Below, in pieces: positions 38,318 through 47,149 of a stretch of DNA of 64,000 nt. The stretch is from positions 62,001-126,000 of IMG/VR virus record IMGVR_UViG_3300023174_000038. One strand, written 5' to 3'. The translations under genes and the position numbers were made by a program. The notes beneath the pieces are model-generated. The model was not told the DNA's origin and made no database searches. It saw nothing but the letters and a program-made list of their open reading frames with translations. Positions within the stretch are counted from its first letter, which is position 1, and each line of letters opens with the position of its first letter.

Positions 38318-39514
38318 ATGTCAAAAGTACTCTTAGAAGGCCGTTGGGACGAGACCAAAGAAGCTCTGTTAGAAGGCTTAAAAGGAACTCGCCGTTCAAC
38401 AATGGGTGTTATTTTAGAAAACACCAAAAAACAGTTACTAGCTGAATCTTCAGCCGGTACAACTACAGCTGGTAATATCGCTACACTAAACCGTGTGATT
38501 CTTCCAGTTATTCGTCGTGTCATGCCAACCGTTATCGCTAACGAATTGGTAGGCGTTCAGCCAATGACAGGACCAGTTGGTCAAATTCACACTCTACGTG
38601 TTCGTTATGCTCAATCATTAACAGACAATAGTACTGCCGCAACTAGCGTAACAGCTGGCCAAGAAGCACTAAGTCCATTCTTGATTGCTCAAGCATATTC
38701 ACGCACACCAAGTGCTGATACATCATCTAGCTACTATACTGCTAACGATACTGCTGCCCTTGAAGGCAATGGTGGTAAGCAAATCAGTGTTCAGATTCTA
38801 CGTCAAGCTGTTGAAGCTAAATCACGTAAATTGCAAGCACGTTGGACATTTGAGGCAGCACAAGATGCTCAGTCTCAACATGGTATTGACGTAGAAGCAG
38901 AAATTATGGCAGCTCTAGCACAAGAAATTACTGCTGAGATTGATCAAGAAATTCTCTTGTCATTACGTACTCTAGCATCTACAGAGTATACATACAACCA
39001 AGCTACTGTATCTGGTACAGCTACTTACGTTGGTGACGAACACGCTGCTCTAGCTGTTCTTATCAATCGTGTCGCTAACTTGATCGCACAACGCACACGT
39101 CGTGGTGCTGGTAACTGGGCTGTTGTTTCTAGTGCTGCCTTGACTGTTCTACAGTCTGCAACTACTAGTGCTTTTGCTCGTACTACAGAAGGTACATTTG
39201 AGGCTCCAACTAACACTAAGTTCGTTGGTACATTGAACGGCGCTATGCGTGTGTTCGTTGACTCTTATGCTCCTGATACTACACCAGTATTGGTTGGTTA
39301 TAAAGGTTCTTCAGAGACTGATGCAGCCGCATTCTATTGCCCATACATTCCATTGATGAGCAGTGGTGTTGTTCTAGATCCATCAACATTCGAACCAGTC
39401 GTATCATTTATGACACGTTACGGATATATTGAGCTTACTAATACGGCCTCATCGTTTGGTAATGCTGCCGATTATGTTGGGGAAATAGCAGTTCAGAACC
39501 TCACCTTCCAATAA
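38318..39514 (+). CDS. gp23: Major capsid protein, 398 aa
   Basis: VIRRVMPTVIANELVGVQPMTGPVGQIHTLR, VEAKSRKLQARWTFEAAQD, YCPYIPL, FMTRYG. AGGAG SD. Confidence 0.97.
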   Translation: MSKVLLEGRWDETKEALLEGLKGTRRSTMGVILENTKKQLLAESSAGTTTAGNIATLNRVILPVIRRVMPTVIANELVGVQPMTGPVGQIHTLRVRYAQSLTDNSTAATSVTAGQEALSPFLIAQAYSRTPSADTSSSYYTANDTAALEGNGGKQISVQILRQAVEAKSRKLQARWTFEAAQDAQSQHGIDVEAEIMAALAQEITAEIDQEILLSLRTLASTEYTYNQATVSGTATYVGDEHAALAVLINRVANLIAQRTRRGAGNWAVVSSAALTVLQSATTSAFARTTEGTFEAPTNTKFVGTLNGAMRVFVDSYAPDTTPVLVGYKGSSETDAAAFYCPYIPLMSSGVVLDPSTFEPVVSFMTRYGYIELTNTASSFGNAADYVGEIAVQNLTFQ

Positions 39515-39542
39515 AATTTGGTTTGTTTGTTTTGTAAAACAC

Positions 39543-39567
39543 AAAGGGTACTTCGGTACCCTTTTTT
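39543..39567 (+). terminator. Rho-independent terminator after the capsid gene
   Basis: AAAGGGTAC-TTCG-GTACCCTTT followed by a T run. Confidence 0.9.
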
Positions 39568-39568
39568 G

Positions 39569-39619
39569 TTGCCCTTTAATAAGTAATAGTATATAATGAA
39601 ACGCAGCCGATAATAAATA
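39569..39619 (+). promoter_or_regulatory. Tandem sigma70-like and late promoters for the homing endonuclease
   Basis: TTGCCC-17 nt-TATAAT (39569-39597) and ATAAATA (39613-39619). Confidence 0.55.
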
Positions 39620-39624
39620 ACTCT

Positions 39625-40602
39625 ATGAAACATTTTATATACAAAACAATTCACCCAAACGGGAAATACTACATAGGTAGACATAGCACTACTAACCTTG
39701 AAGATGGATATCTAGGTTCAGGAAAGTGGGTATCACAAATCAAAAAGAAGGATAAATTGATCCGAGAGATAATTGAGTTTGTAGATTCATTTGAAGAACT
39801 AGTAATAAAAGAAGATGAATATTTAGCAGAACACTATGGTAAACCTAACTGTATGAATATGAGTAACAAAAGCACAGGCGCAGCCACTGGATTAGCTAAT
39901 CCCATGACACGTGATGAAGTTAAATCAAAATTTCAAGGAATTAATCATTGGACTTATAAAAATCCTGAACTTATTGAAAAATTAACAGGAGAAAATCATT
40001 GGATGAATAAAGATACTGAAGCAAAAGAAAAGTTTTTAGAAAATCATCCTAATAAAGACGGAAGAAACGCAAAGGCAGCAATGAAGAACGGTAAACACAA
40101 TAGCATCACTAACAATCCAAGCACTATCAATGCACTAAATGGCACACATCATTGGCAGAATGGTAAAGCACCAAACTATGAAGGTAAACTAAACAAGAAG
40201 TTGATTGAAGAAGGTCGTCATAACTTTTTAGGACCAGAAACAAATCAAAAACGAATAGATGAGGGAACACATAACTTTGTGGGTTCAGCCGCAAATCTAA
40301 AGATGTTAGCAGAAGGTAAGCATCCATCACAACGAAAGATGACCTGTAGTTGTGGTAAGACTGTTAGTAGTAGTATGTATAAAAGATGGCACGGAGATAA
40401 CTGTAAAATGAAAGTAATTAAAATGAATGCAAGACAATATGAAAAAATGCGTAACGAGCAACTAAGAGAAACAATGGAAAAAGCAGGCATAAAAGATTAT
40501 ACAAATGTATGTCTAAGTGCAGACCAACAAGAATATGAAGTTACATTAAAAAATGGAACAGAAGTTACGATTCCTAGTGGATTGCCCTATCATTATGATT
40601 GA
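39625..40602 (+). CDS. Free-standing GIY-YIG homing endonuclease (Seg-like), 325 aa
   Basis: FIYKT...YYIGRH...YLGSG, short H-x-W/F repeats, then CSCG...KRWHGDNCK. Confidence 0.85.
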   Translation: MKHFIYKTIHPNGKYYIGRHSTTNLEDGYLGSGKWVSQIKKKDKLIREIIEFVDSFEELVIKEDEYLAEHYGKPNCMNMSNKSTGAATGLANPMTRDEVKSKFQGINHWTYKNPELIEKLTGENHWMNKDTEAKEKFLENHPNKDGRNAKAAMKNGKHNSITNNPSTINALNGTHHWQNGKAPNYEGKLNKKLIEEGRHNFLGPETNQKRIDEGTHNFVGSAANLKMLAEGKHPSQRKMTCSCGKTVSSSMYKRWHGDNCKMKVIKMNARQYEKMRNEQLRETMEKAGIKDYTNVCLSADQQEYEVTLKNGTEVTIPSGLPYHYD

Positions 40603-40645
40603 TTAGCATAAATACAATATCTCAACGGGATGGGAAGTTACAATC

Positions 40646-40669
40646 AAGCACTATTCGTAGTGCTTTTTT
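40646..40669 (+). terminator. Rho-independent terminator
   Basis: AAGCACTA-TTCG-TAGTGCTT followed by TTTT. Confidence 0.85.
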
Positions 40670-40713
40670 GTTGGCTATGATTTTTTGTTAAATAACATAA
40701 AGGATACATAATT

Positions 40714-41592
40714 ATGGATTTTAGTGGAATGACAATCTCAGGTGGAATATCATTATTATGGTTACCTCCCGGACAACAAGAATATACTACTCCCGGAACG
40801 TATTCATGGACATGTCCGGCAAATGTAACATCAGTGTGTGTTGTTTGTGTTGGTGGAGGTGGTGGTGGACGAGGAGCTTTATCTCAAGGAGGTGGTGGCG
40901 CAGGAGGTGGACTTGGTTGGAAAAATAATATTTCAGTTACTCCGGGTCTAAGTTATACTGTTGTAGTGGGTGCCGCAGGAACTCGTACAAGTAGTGCTAC
41001 TGCAGGGTCAGGTGGTTCTAGTTATTTTATAGACGGCTATACAGTAGTAGGATATGGCGGTGCTGGGGGAAATGATTCCGGTTCTGCTGCCGGTGGTGGG
41101 GGATATGTTGGTGATGGTGGAGGTAACGGTGGAAATGGTGGAATAGGTGGTAGCTATTGCGGCGGCGGTGGTGGAGCAGGTGGATACGCCGGTACCGGCG
41201 GTGTAGGTGGAAATGGAAATAATGTCCCATATGGAGGAACGGATGGTTCAGGTGGTGCCGGTGGTGGTGGAGGGGCAGCACGGTTTTGTAATTCTGCAGG
41301 TGCTGGCGGAGGAGTAGGACTTACAGGTCAGGGAGGAAATGGCGGTGGTGGTAGCCAAGGTGCAGATTCGGGTAATGGAGGTGGCGGGGGTGGCGGTTCA
41401 AGTGGCGGAAATGGCGTAAGTGGTGGCAATGGTCCAGGCAGCGCCGTGGGTGGTTTATACGGTGGGGGAGGTGGAGGAAGCGACAATTCATCCGGTTCGG
41501 CATCATTTTCAGGTGATGGTGCTGTAGGTGCAGTAAGAATTATATGGGGTGATGGCAGAGCATTTCCCTCAACTAATACAGGTAACTTATAA
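40714..41592 (+). CDS. Glycine-rich protein (polyglycine II sandwich type; adhesin/decoration candidate), 292 aa
   Basis: GQQEYTTPGTYSWTCPANVTSVCVVCVGGGGGG, many GGGGG tracts, and C-terminal GAVRIIW. Confidence 0.7.
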   Translation: MDFSGMTISGGISLLWLPPGQQEYTTPGTYSWTCPANVTSVCVVCVGGGGGGRGALSQGGGGAGGGLGWKNNISVTPGLSYTVVVGAAGTRTSSATAGSGGSSYFIDGYTVVGYGGAGGNDSGSAAGGGGYVGDGGGNGGNGGIGGSYCGGGGGAGGYAGTGGVGGNGNNVPYGGTDGSGGAGGGGGAARFCNSAGAGGGVGLTGQGGNGGGGSQGADSGNGGGGGGGSSGGNGVSGGNGPGSAVGGLYGGGGGGSDNSSGSASFSGDGAVGAVRIIWGDGRAFPSTNTGNL

Positions 41593-41952
41593 AGTATAGT
41601 CAGTATCAACAGTGATATCTAAAATACTTTTACGTTTTTCTTTTAACTTCTTTTGATACAATCTATTACAGTTAGCGCATAGTGTTTTCAAATTAGTTTT
41701 TTCTTTGTTCTTTTTATCACCATCTTTATATATAATGTCAAGTTGACATTTATCTTCTGGAACAAAACTACATTTTTCACATTTGTTTTTTTTATGTAAT
41801 AGATAGCCGTGTTTTGGATTGTATGCGGCTTTACTACAACCAACACAGTACTTGTGCCATTTTTTAAATCCATGTTTACTTATACCATTACTTTTTGCTA
41901 GTGTTACTTTGCAGTTTTCACAGAGTGGCCTCGTTTGTTGTCGTGTAAGCAT
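41587..41952 (-). CDS. Zn-binding HNH-like protein, apparently catalytically degenerate, 121 aa
   Basis: Four CxxC pairs; QLDIIYKDGDKKN...NLKTLCANCNRL aligns with the HNH consensus but lacks its histidines. Confidence 0.6.
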   Translation of the reverse strand: MLTRQQTRPLCENCKVTLAKSNGISKHGFKKWHKYCVGCSKAAYNPKHGYLLHKKNKCEKCSFVPEDKCQLDIIYKDGDKKNKEKTNLKTLCANCNRLYQKKLKEKRKSILDITVDTDYTL

Positions 41953-42044
41953 GATGTATTTAGAAAAAAGATCTCCTGGGTACTTTTTTCATCGGCTATA
42001 AGAAGCAAAAAAAGATAAATATAATATAATTATCAGGATAATAA

Positions 42045-43553
42045 ATGGCAGCAGAAGCTTTTAATTCGTTAGGCGGGTACACGGTCGGTATACCTCCCAC
42101 ATCGGTAATTAATGAGAATGGTGCTGCCACATTTAGTTCTCTTACAGTATCCGGTTTTACAGCATTAGGTCCAGTAGGCAATCTGTTTATTAATGGTGGT
42201 GAGAACGGTTATTTCCTACAAACAGATGGTACGGGTAATTTAACATGGTCACCTGCTAGCGGCAATGGTGGAAATGGATCTCCTGGTGGTGCGAATAGCC
42301 AAGTTCAGTTTAATGATGCTGGTAATTTTGGCGGTGATGCTGGCTTTACATATGATAAGATAAACAATGTATTATCTGTAACGGGTAATATTGTATCGTA
42401 TAATTATAGTAGTTCTGGTAATATATATGCTGATGGAATTATTAAAGCCAACGGGGATATAATTACCAATGCAAATGTAACTGCTAATTATTTTATTGGT
42501 AATGGTAGTCAGTTATTTGGTGTTATCACCAGTGAAGCAAACTATGCGGCATATGCTGGTAATATTGTTATAGCAAATCAGCCCAATATAACTGGTTTAG
42601 GTAATTTATTAACGTTAAATGTAACTGGTAATATTACTACAGGTAATGCTAATTTAGGTAATGCGGTAAAAGCTAATTATTATGTTGGTAATGGTAGTTT
42701 ATTAACCGGCATTGCAAAAGCAACAAGTGCAGATGCTGTTGCCAATGGATCAAGTAATGTTAACATTCCAATAATTAATGGTAATATTACCATGTCGGTT
42801 TCTGGTAATCCAAACGTAATGGTAGTAACGGGTAGTGGTGTTGTTAGTAAAAATTTAAACATAACTGGTACTAGCGCATTTAGTAATATTACAATTACTC
42901 AGAAATTTAATTCAAATCAAGCATCTAATGTAAATTTAGGTAATGTTTCTAATTTACATATATCAGGTGGTATTAATGGTTATTTTTTACAGACAGATGG
43001 ATTTGGTAATTTAACTTGGGCCCAAGCTGGTGGAGGTGGCGGTAATGGAGAACCGGGTGGTGCAAATACTCAAGTTCAATACAATAATAGTGGTAATTTT
43101 GGTGGTAGTTCTACATTTACTTTTAACAAAACTAATAACACATTAACTTCTACTAATATTGTAGCTAGTGAAAATTTAGTAGCAAATACTATTCAAATGG
43201 GACTAGGACTATATGAATTTTATCATTCATCAGTATATTTTGCTACTACGGTAGCAACAGATCCAGATCAAGTATTATGGGCTACTGAATTAGCTAATTT
43301 ATCAGCGATAGATTTTACTATTATTTCTACTGATGAGACCAGTAATACAAGACAAACAGCAAAGATAGCAGCCGCAATTTTAGGTACAGATGTAGTATTC
43401 AATGAGTATTCTGGGCTATACCTTAACGGTGGAGTAGGTAGTTTTTCAGTAAGATATCAGGCGGGAAGTCCTGATAGTGTGCAGTTAATAGTGACGCCAG
43501 ATTCTGATAATCTGACTCAATATAACATGATGATAATACAATATGCAAAGTAA
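42045..43553 (+). CDS. Fibre-like virion protein, 502 aa
   Basis: N/G/T-rich modules PGGANSQVQFN (x2) and GYFLQTDGxGNLTW (x2), plus the shared C-terminal domain. Confidence 0.65.
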   Translation: MAAEAFNSLGGYTVGIPPTSVINENGAATFSSLTVSGFTALGPVGNLFINGGENGYFLQTDGTGNLTWSPASGNGGNGSPGGANSQVQFNDAGNFGGDAGFTYDKINNVLSVTGNIVSYNYSSSGNIYADGIIKANGDIITNANVTANYFIGNGSQLFGVITSEANYAAYAGNIVIANQPNITGLGNLLTLNVTGNITTGNANLGNAVKANYYVGNGSLLTGIAKATSADAVANGSSNVNIPIINGNITMSVSGNPNVMVVTGSGVVSKNLNITGTSAFSNITITQKFNSNQASNVNLGNVSNLHISGGINGYFLQTDGFGNLTWAQAGGGGGNGEPGGANTQVQYNNSGNFGGSSTFTFNKTNNTLTSTNIVASENLVANTIQMGLGLYEFYHSSVYFATTVATDPDQVLWATELANLSAIDFTIISTDETSNTRQTAKIAAAILGTDVVFNEYSGLYLNGGVGSFSVRYQAGSPDSVQLIVTPDSDNLTQYNMMIIQYAK

Positions 43554-43598
43554 CTTAATATAAACCTAGCATAAATATATAAAGACAAGGACATTAAT

Positions 43599-46500
43599 AT
43601 GGCAATTAAAGCATTTAACTCAATTGGTGGTTTCTCAGTAGGAGAAAATGCCTCTAATATAATCTTAGCAAACGGTGACATTACCACAAGTAATGCCAAC
43701 TTATCAGCTAATTTATTTGTTGCAGACACCGCAAATGTAGGCAATTTACGTACAAATAATTTATTATACGCAAATGGTCAACCGTGGGATTTACAAGAAG
43801 CAGCCGGGGCCAATACACAGATTCAATATAATGATGGCAATAATAACTTTGGTGCTAGTGCTAACTTTACATTTGATCAAACAACAAATTTATTAACTGT
43901 AACCGGTAATATTAGTGCTTCTAATGCTAATTTAGGTAATTTAGTAGTTGCTAATTTCTTTAAAGGTGTATTTGATTCTACAAGTGGTACTCAATCAAAC
44001 ATCACAACTGTTGGTAATTTAACTTTCTTAAATGTTAATGGTATTTCTAACATAGCCAATGTCTTAAACGTCTCAGGTAACATTGAAGCCAATGCTAACA
44101 TAAATTCAAATGCCAATATTAAAGGTGCTAACTTAAACACTACTGGTTTAGCTAATATCGGCAACTTACAAATTTCAGGAAATGTTACAGGTAACTTGAT
44201 ACCCTCAGCAAATGCAGATGGTTCAGGTGCAGGTTATGATTTAGGTTCAGCAACATATCGTTGGAAAGATTTATACTTAAGTGGTAATAGTATTAAAATT
44301 GGTAGTCAGACCATATCATCAAATGGTGGTGGTATAGCATTATCTAATGCCTCATATCTAACTGACCTTTATGTAAGTGGCAATGCAAACATTAGTCTTA
44401 ATTTACTTGCTAATACAGCCAATTTTATTGGTAATGTAATAGCACCAAATGTTACGGTTAATTTAGAATTAGCTGGAAATACAGCCAACTTTACTGGTAA
44501 TCTTATTGCCGCAAACTTACGTTCTAATGCATTAACAAATACATACGTTACGTTTGCTGGAACAAATGGTGTATTAACTAATAGTTCTAATATAACATAT
44601 AATGATACTACTCAATTATTAACAGTTATTGGTAACAGCCAGTTTAATAATGCTAATTTAGGTAATCTTGCTATAGCAAACTTTGTAAATGTATCAAGCA
44701 ATTTATCTGTAACTGATACTGCAAATGTAGGTAACTTACGTACTAACAATTTATTATACGCAAATGGTCAACCTTGGGATTTACAAGAAGCAGCCGGTGC
44801 TAATACAGAGATTCAATATAATGATGGTAATGATAACTTTGGTGCTAGTGCTAACTTTAAATATAATGATGCTACTCAACTATTCACTGTTACCGGTAGT
44901 GCAAACATTTCAAATGTAGCAAATGTAGGTAATTTAACAGTTACTGGTATCAGTAATTTGGGTAATGTTGGTAATGTAATAATTACTGGTGGTTCTAACG
45001 GATATTATCTACAAACAAATGGTTCAGGTAATTTAACTTGGGTAGCAATTAATTCTTCAGGTGTATCTAATGGTACAAGTAATGTAAGTATTCCAGTAGC
45101 AAATGGTAATGTTAACCTTACTGCTAACGGTAATACTACTTTAGTAGTTACTGAACTTGGTGCAAATACTTCAGGATATCTAACTGCAACAGGTAATGTA
45201 ACAGGTAATTATTTTATTGGTAATGGTAGTCAGTTAACTGGTGTAGCAGCCGCATCATCAAGTCAACTTGCTAATGGTACAAGTAACGTAACTATACCAA
45301 CAGCTAATGGTCCTATTATATTTGCCGCAAATGGTGTCGCAAATGTAATGAACGTTTCTGATACAGGAACGGTAATACAAAATCTTCTAACAGTTGCTGA
45401 TGGAAACATTACAACAGAGAGTAATGCAAACTTAGTATTAGATCCAAACGGTACAGGTGTAGTTGTAATTGCAAACACATCAGGTGGTGCAACAGCAATA
45501 CAATTAGGTGATCCAACTCAAGGTAACTTAGTTAGTAATGCTGTATCATTGGCAAATAGTTCATCAGTATCTAATGCGATTGCACAATTAAACACAGTTT
45601 TAGGAAAACTAGTTCCCCCATCACCCCCTAACTTCCCAGCAAGTACTACAATTGCTATTGCCAGTGTTGCAACATATCGTATGTCAAACTATGTTCAAAC
45701 TGACAATACACCGGGTGCTAATAAATCAGTTGCAGGTGGAACAACAGTATCTACTGTACGTAGAGCAAGTTCATATAGTACTAATGCTGTTGCTAACGCA
45801 GGCCCAGGTGATTCAGGTACAATCTCAGTACGTTTGAATGGTTCTAGTGCTGGTAGTAGAGCATTAACAACTGCTTTAGATGGTAACGGTACATATAGTA
45901 ACTTAGTTATTACTAATAACTTTGACTATCGTAATGTCAACGCAAATATTCAAGCTGGATTTTGGAGTGTATTTACTTCTCAAGCAGTTGGTACAGTAAC
46001 AGAAGGTTGGAATGAGGTATATATTGCTGATAGTGCTACAAGTAATACTAATACAGCAAATTGGTTCTATGATTCTAGTACACCAGGTACCCCAACGTTT
46101 AGCTCATTGACTATTACACCTCCTGGTTCACCAAGCTACACATATTCAAGTACAATTCCAAACTATAACAATACTAATCAGTTTACTATAACTGCAGATG
46201 TTAATAGATTAAGTGGTAATATGTACCCAACAAGTGATACATTTGTTACTGGTACTGCAGGTGGTGCATTTGCTGCACCGGCTGGTGTTACGTATACGGC
46301 AGCTAGTGTTACAACACCATTAGCACAAAATTTATATGTAAGTTCTGGAAATGCATCAATTTCAACTACATCAACTATTATATCAGGATTTGGATCAAGC
46401 AGTACAGGTCCTACTCTATCATCTAATAATAGTTATAATGTTGGTACAGCGGCACTTACTGCAACATTGGCAGCAAATGTATTGTATAAAACAGGTACAG

Positions 46501-47147
46501 TTAGTTCTGCATCAGTAATTGAAGAAGCTAACGTCTTTGTTGGTTCAACAATTGGATCTGGATCTGGATTAGCATTTAGAATTATTAATCCAGGATCAGG
46601 TAATACTCCTGCATTTACAGGTAGTGAAGCGGCATTTAACAGTCAATCTAGTACATTACAAACATATGATGCAACAGTTATTACTAATACGTTGAAACAT
46701 GACCAAACTAATTACAGTACTGGTTATTTACCGGCTGGTCCTAACTTAAGTTCAGGACGTAGTGGAACTCAGTATTTCACATTTAAAATTATCAGAACAT
46801 CAGTATCTAAATTTGATATTAAATGGTCTGGAACAATTGCTGGATTATGGGTAGCATTACCGGGTAGTGCTATTGATACTTCTTCTACATTAAATGGTTG
46901 GTTAGACATGAGTATAGCATATGCCGGTGCTGGCCAACCAGGAGCAGGAACAGGTGGAAATGGAAGTAACGGCGCATCATTAGGAGGTGTTGCTCCATTA
47001 AATGCCGCACAAACTAATAAAGCTATTACTGCTACATTTGGTACTGTAAGTAGTTCAAGTGCGACAAATAACGAAATCTATATCCGTATAGCATTAACAA
47101 GCGGTCAATCGGTGACTGCATTATCATTACAAACTGCGAGTAACTAA
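43599..47147 (+). CDS. Fibre-like virion protein, 1182 aa
   Basis: Internal duplication of LRTNNLLYANGQPWDLQEAAGANT.IQYNDG (~43725 and ~44715). A short helical neck (NAIAQLNTVLGKLVPP) precedes a distinct beta-rich C-terminal half. Confidence 0.65.
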   Translation: MAIKAFNSIGGFSVGENASNIILANGDITTSNANLSANLFVADTANVGNLRTNNLLYANGQPWDLQEAAGANTQIQYNDGNNNFGASANFTFDQTTNLLTVTGNISASNANLGNLVVANFFKGVFDSTSGTQSNITTVGNLTFLNVNGISNIANVLNVSGNIEANANINSNANIKGANLNTTGLANIGNLQISGNVTGNLIPSANADGSGAGYDLGSATYRWKDLYLSGNSIKIGSQTISSNGGGIALSNASYLTDLYVSGNANISLNLLANTANFIGNVIAPNVTVNLELAGNTANFTGNLIAANLRSNALTNTYVTFAGTNGVLTNSSNITYNDTTQLLTVIGNSQFNNANLGNLAIANFVNVSSNLSVTDTANVGNLRTNNLLYANGQPWDLQEAAGANTEIQYNDGNDNFGASANFKYNDATQLFTVTGSANISNVANVGNLTVTGISNLGNVGNVIITGGSNGYYLQTNGSGNLTWVAINSSGVSNGTSNVSIPVANGNVNLTANGNTTLVVTELGANTSGYLTATGNVTGNYFIGNGSQLTGVAAASSSQLANGTSNVTIPTANGPIIFAANGVANVMNVSDTGTVIQNLLTVADGNITTESNANLVLDPNGTGVVVIANTSGGATAIQLGDPTQGNLVSNAVSLANSSSVSNAIAQLNTVLGKLVPPSPPNFPASTTIAIASVATYRMSNYVQTDNTPGANKSVAGGTTVSTVRRASSYSTNAVANAGPGDSGTISVRLNGSSAGSRALTTALDGNGTYSNLVITNNFDYRNVNANIQAGFWSVFTSQAVGTVTEGWNEVYIADSATSNTNTANWFYDSSTPGTPTFSSLTITPPGSPSYTYSSTIPNYNNTNQFTITADVNRLSGNMYPTSDTFVTGTAGGAFAAPAGVTYTAASVTTPLAQNLYVSSGNASISTTSTIISGFGSSSTGPTLSSNNSYNVGTAALTATLAANVLYKTGTVSSASVIEEANVFVGSTIGSGSGLAFRIINPGSGNTPAFTGSEAAFNSQSSTLQTYDATVITNTLKHDQTNYSTGYLPAGPNLSSGRSGTQYFTFKIIRTSVSKFDIKWSGTIAGLWVALPGSAIDTSSTLNGWLDMSIAYAGAGQPGAGTGGNGSNGASLGGVAPLNAAQTNKAITATFGTVSSSSATNNEIYIRIALTSGQSVTALSLQTASN

Positions 47148-47149
47148 TC

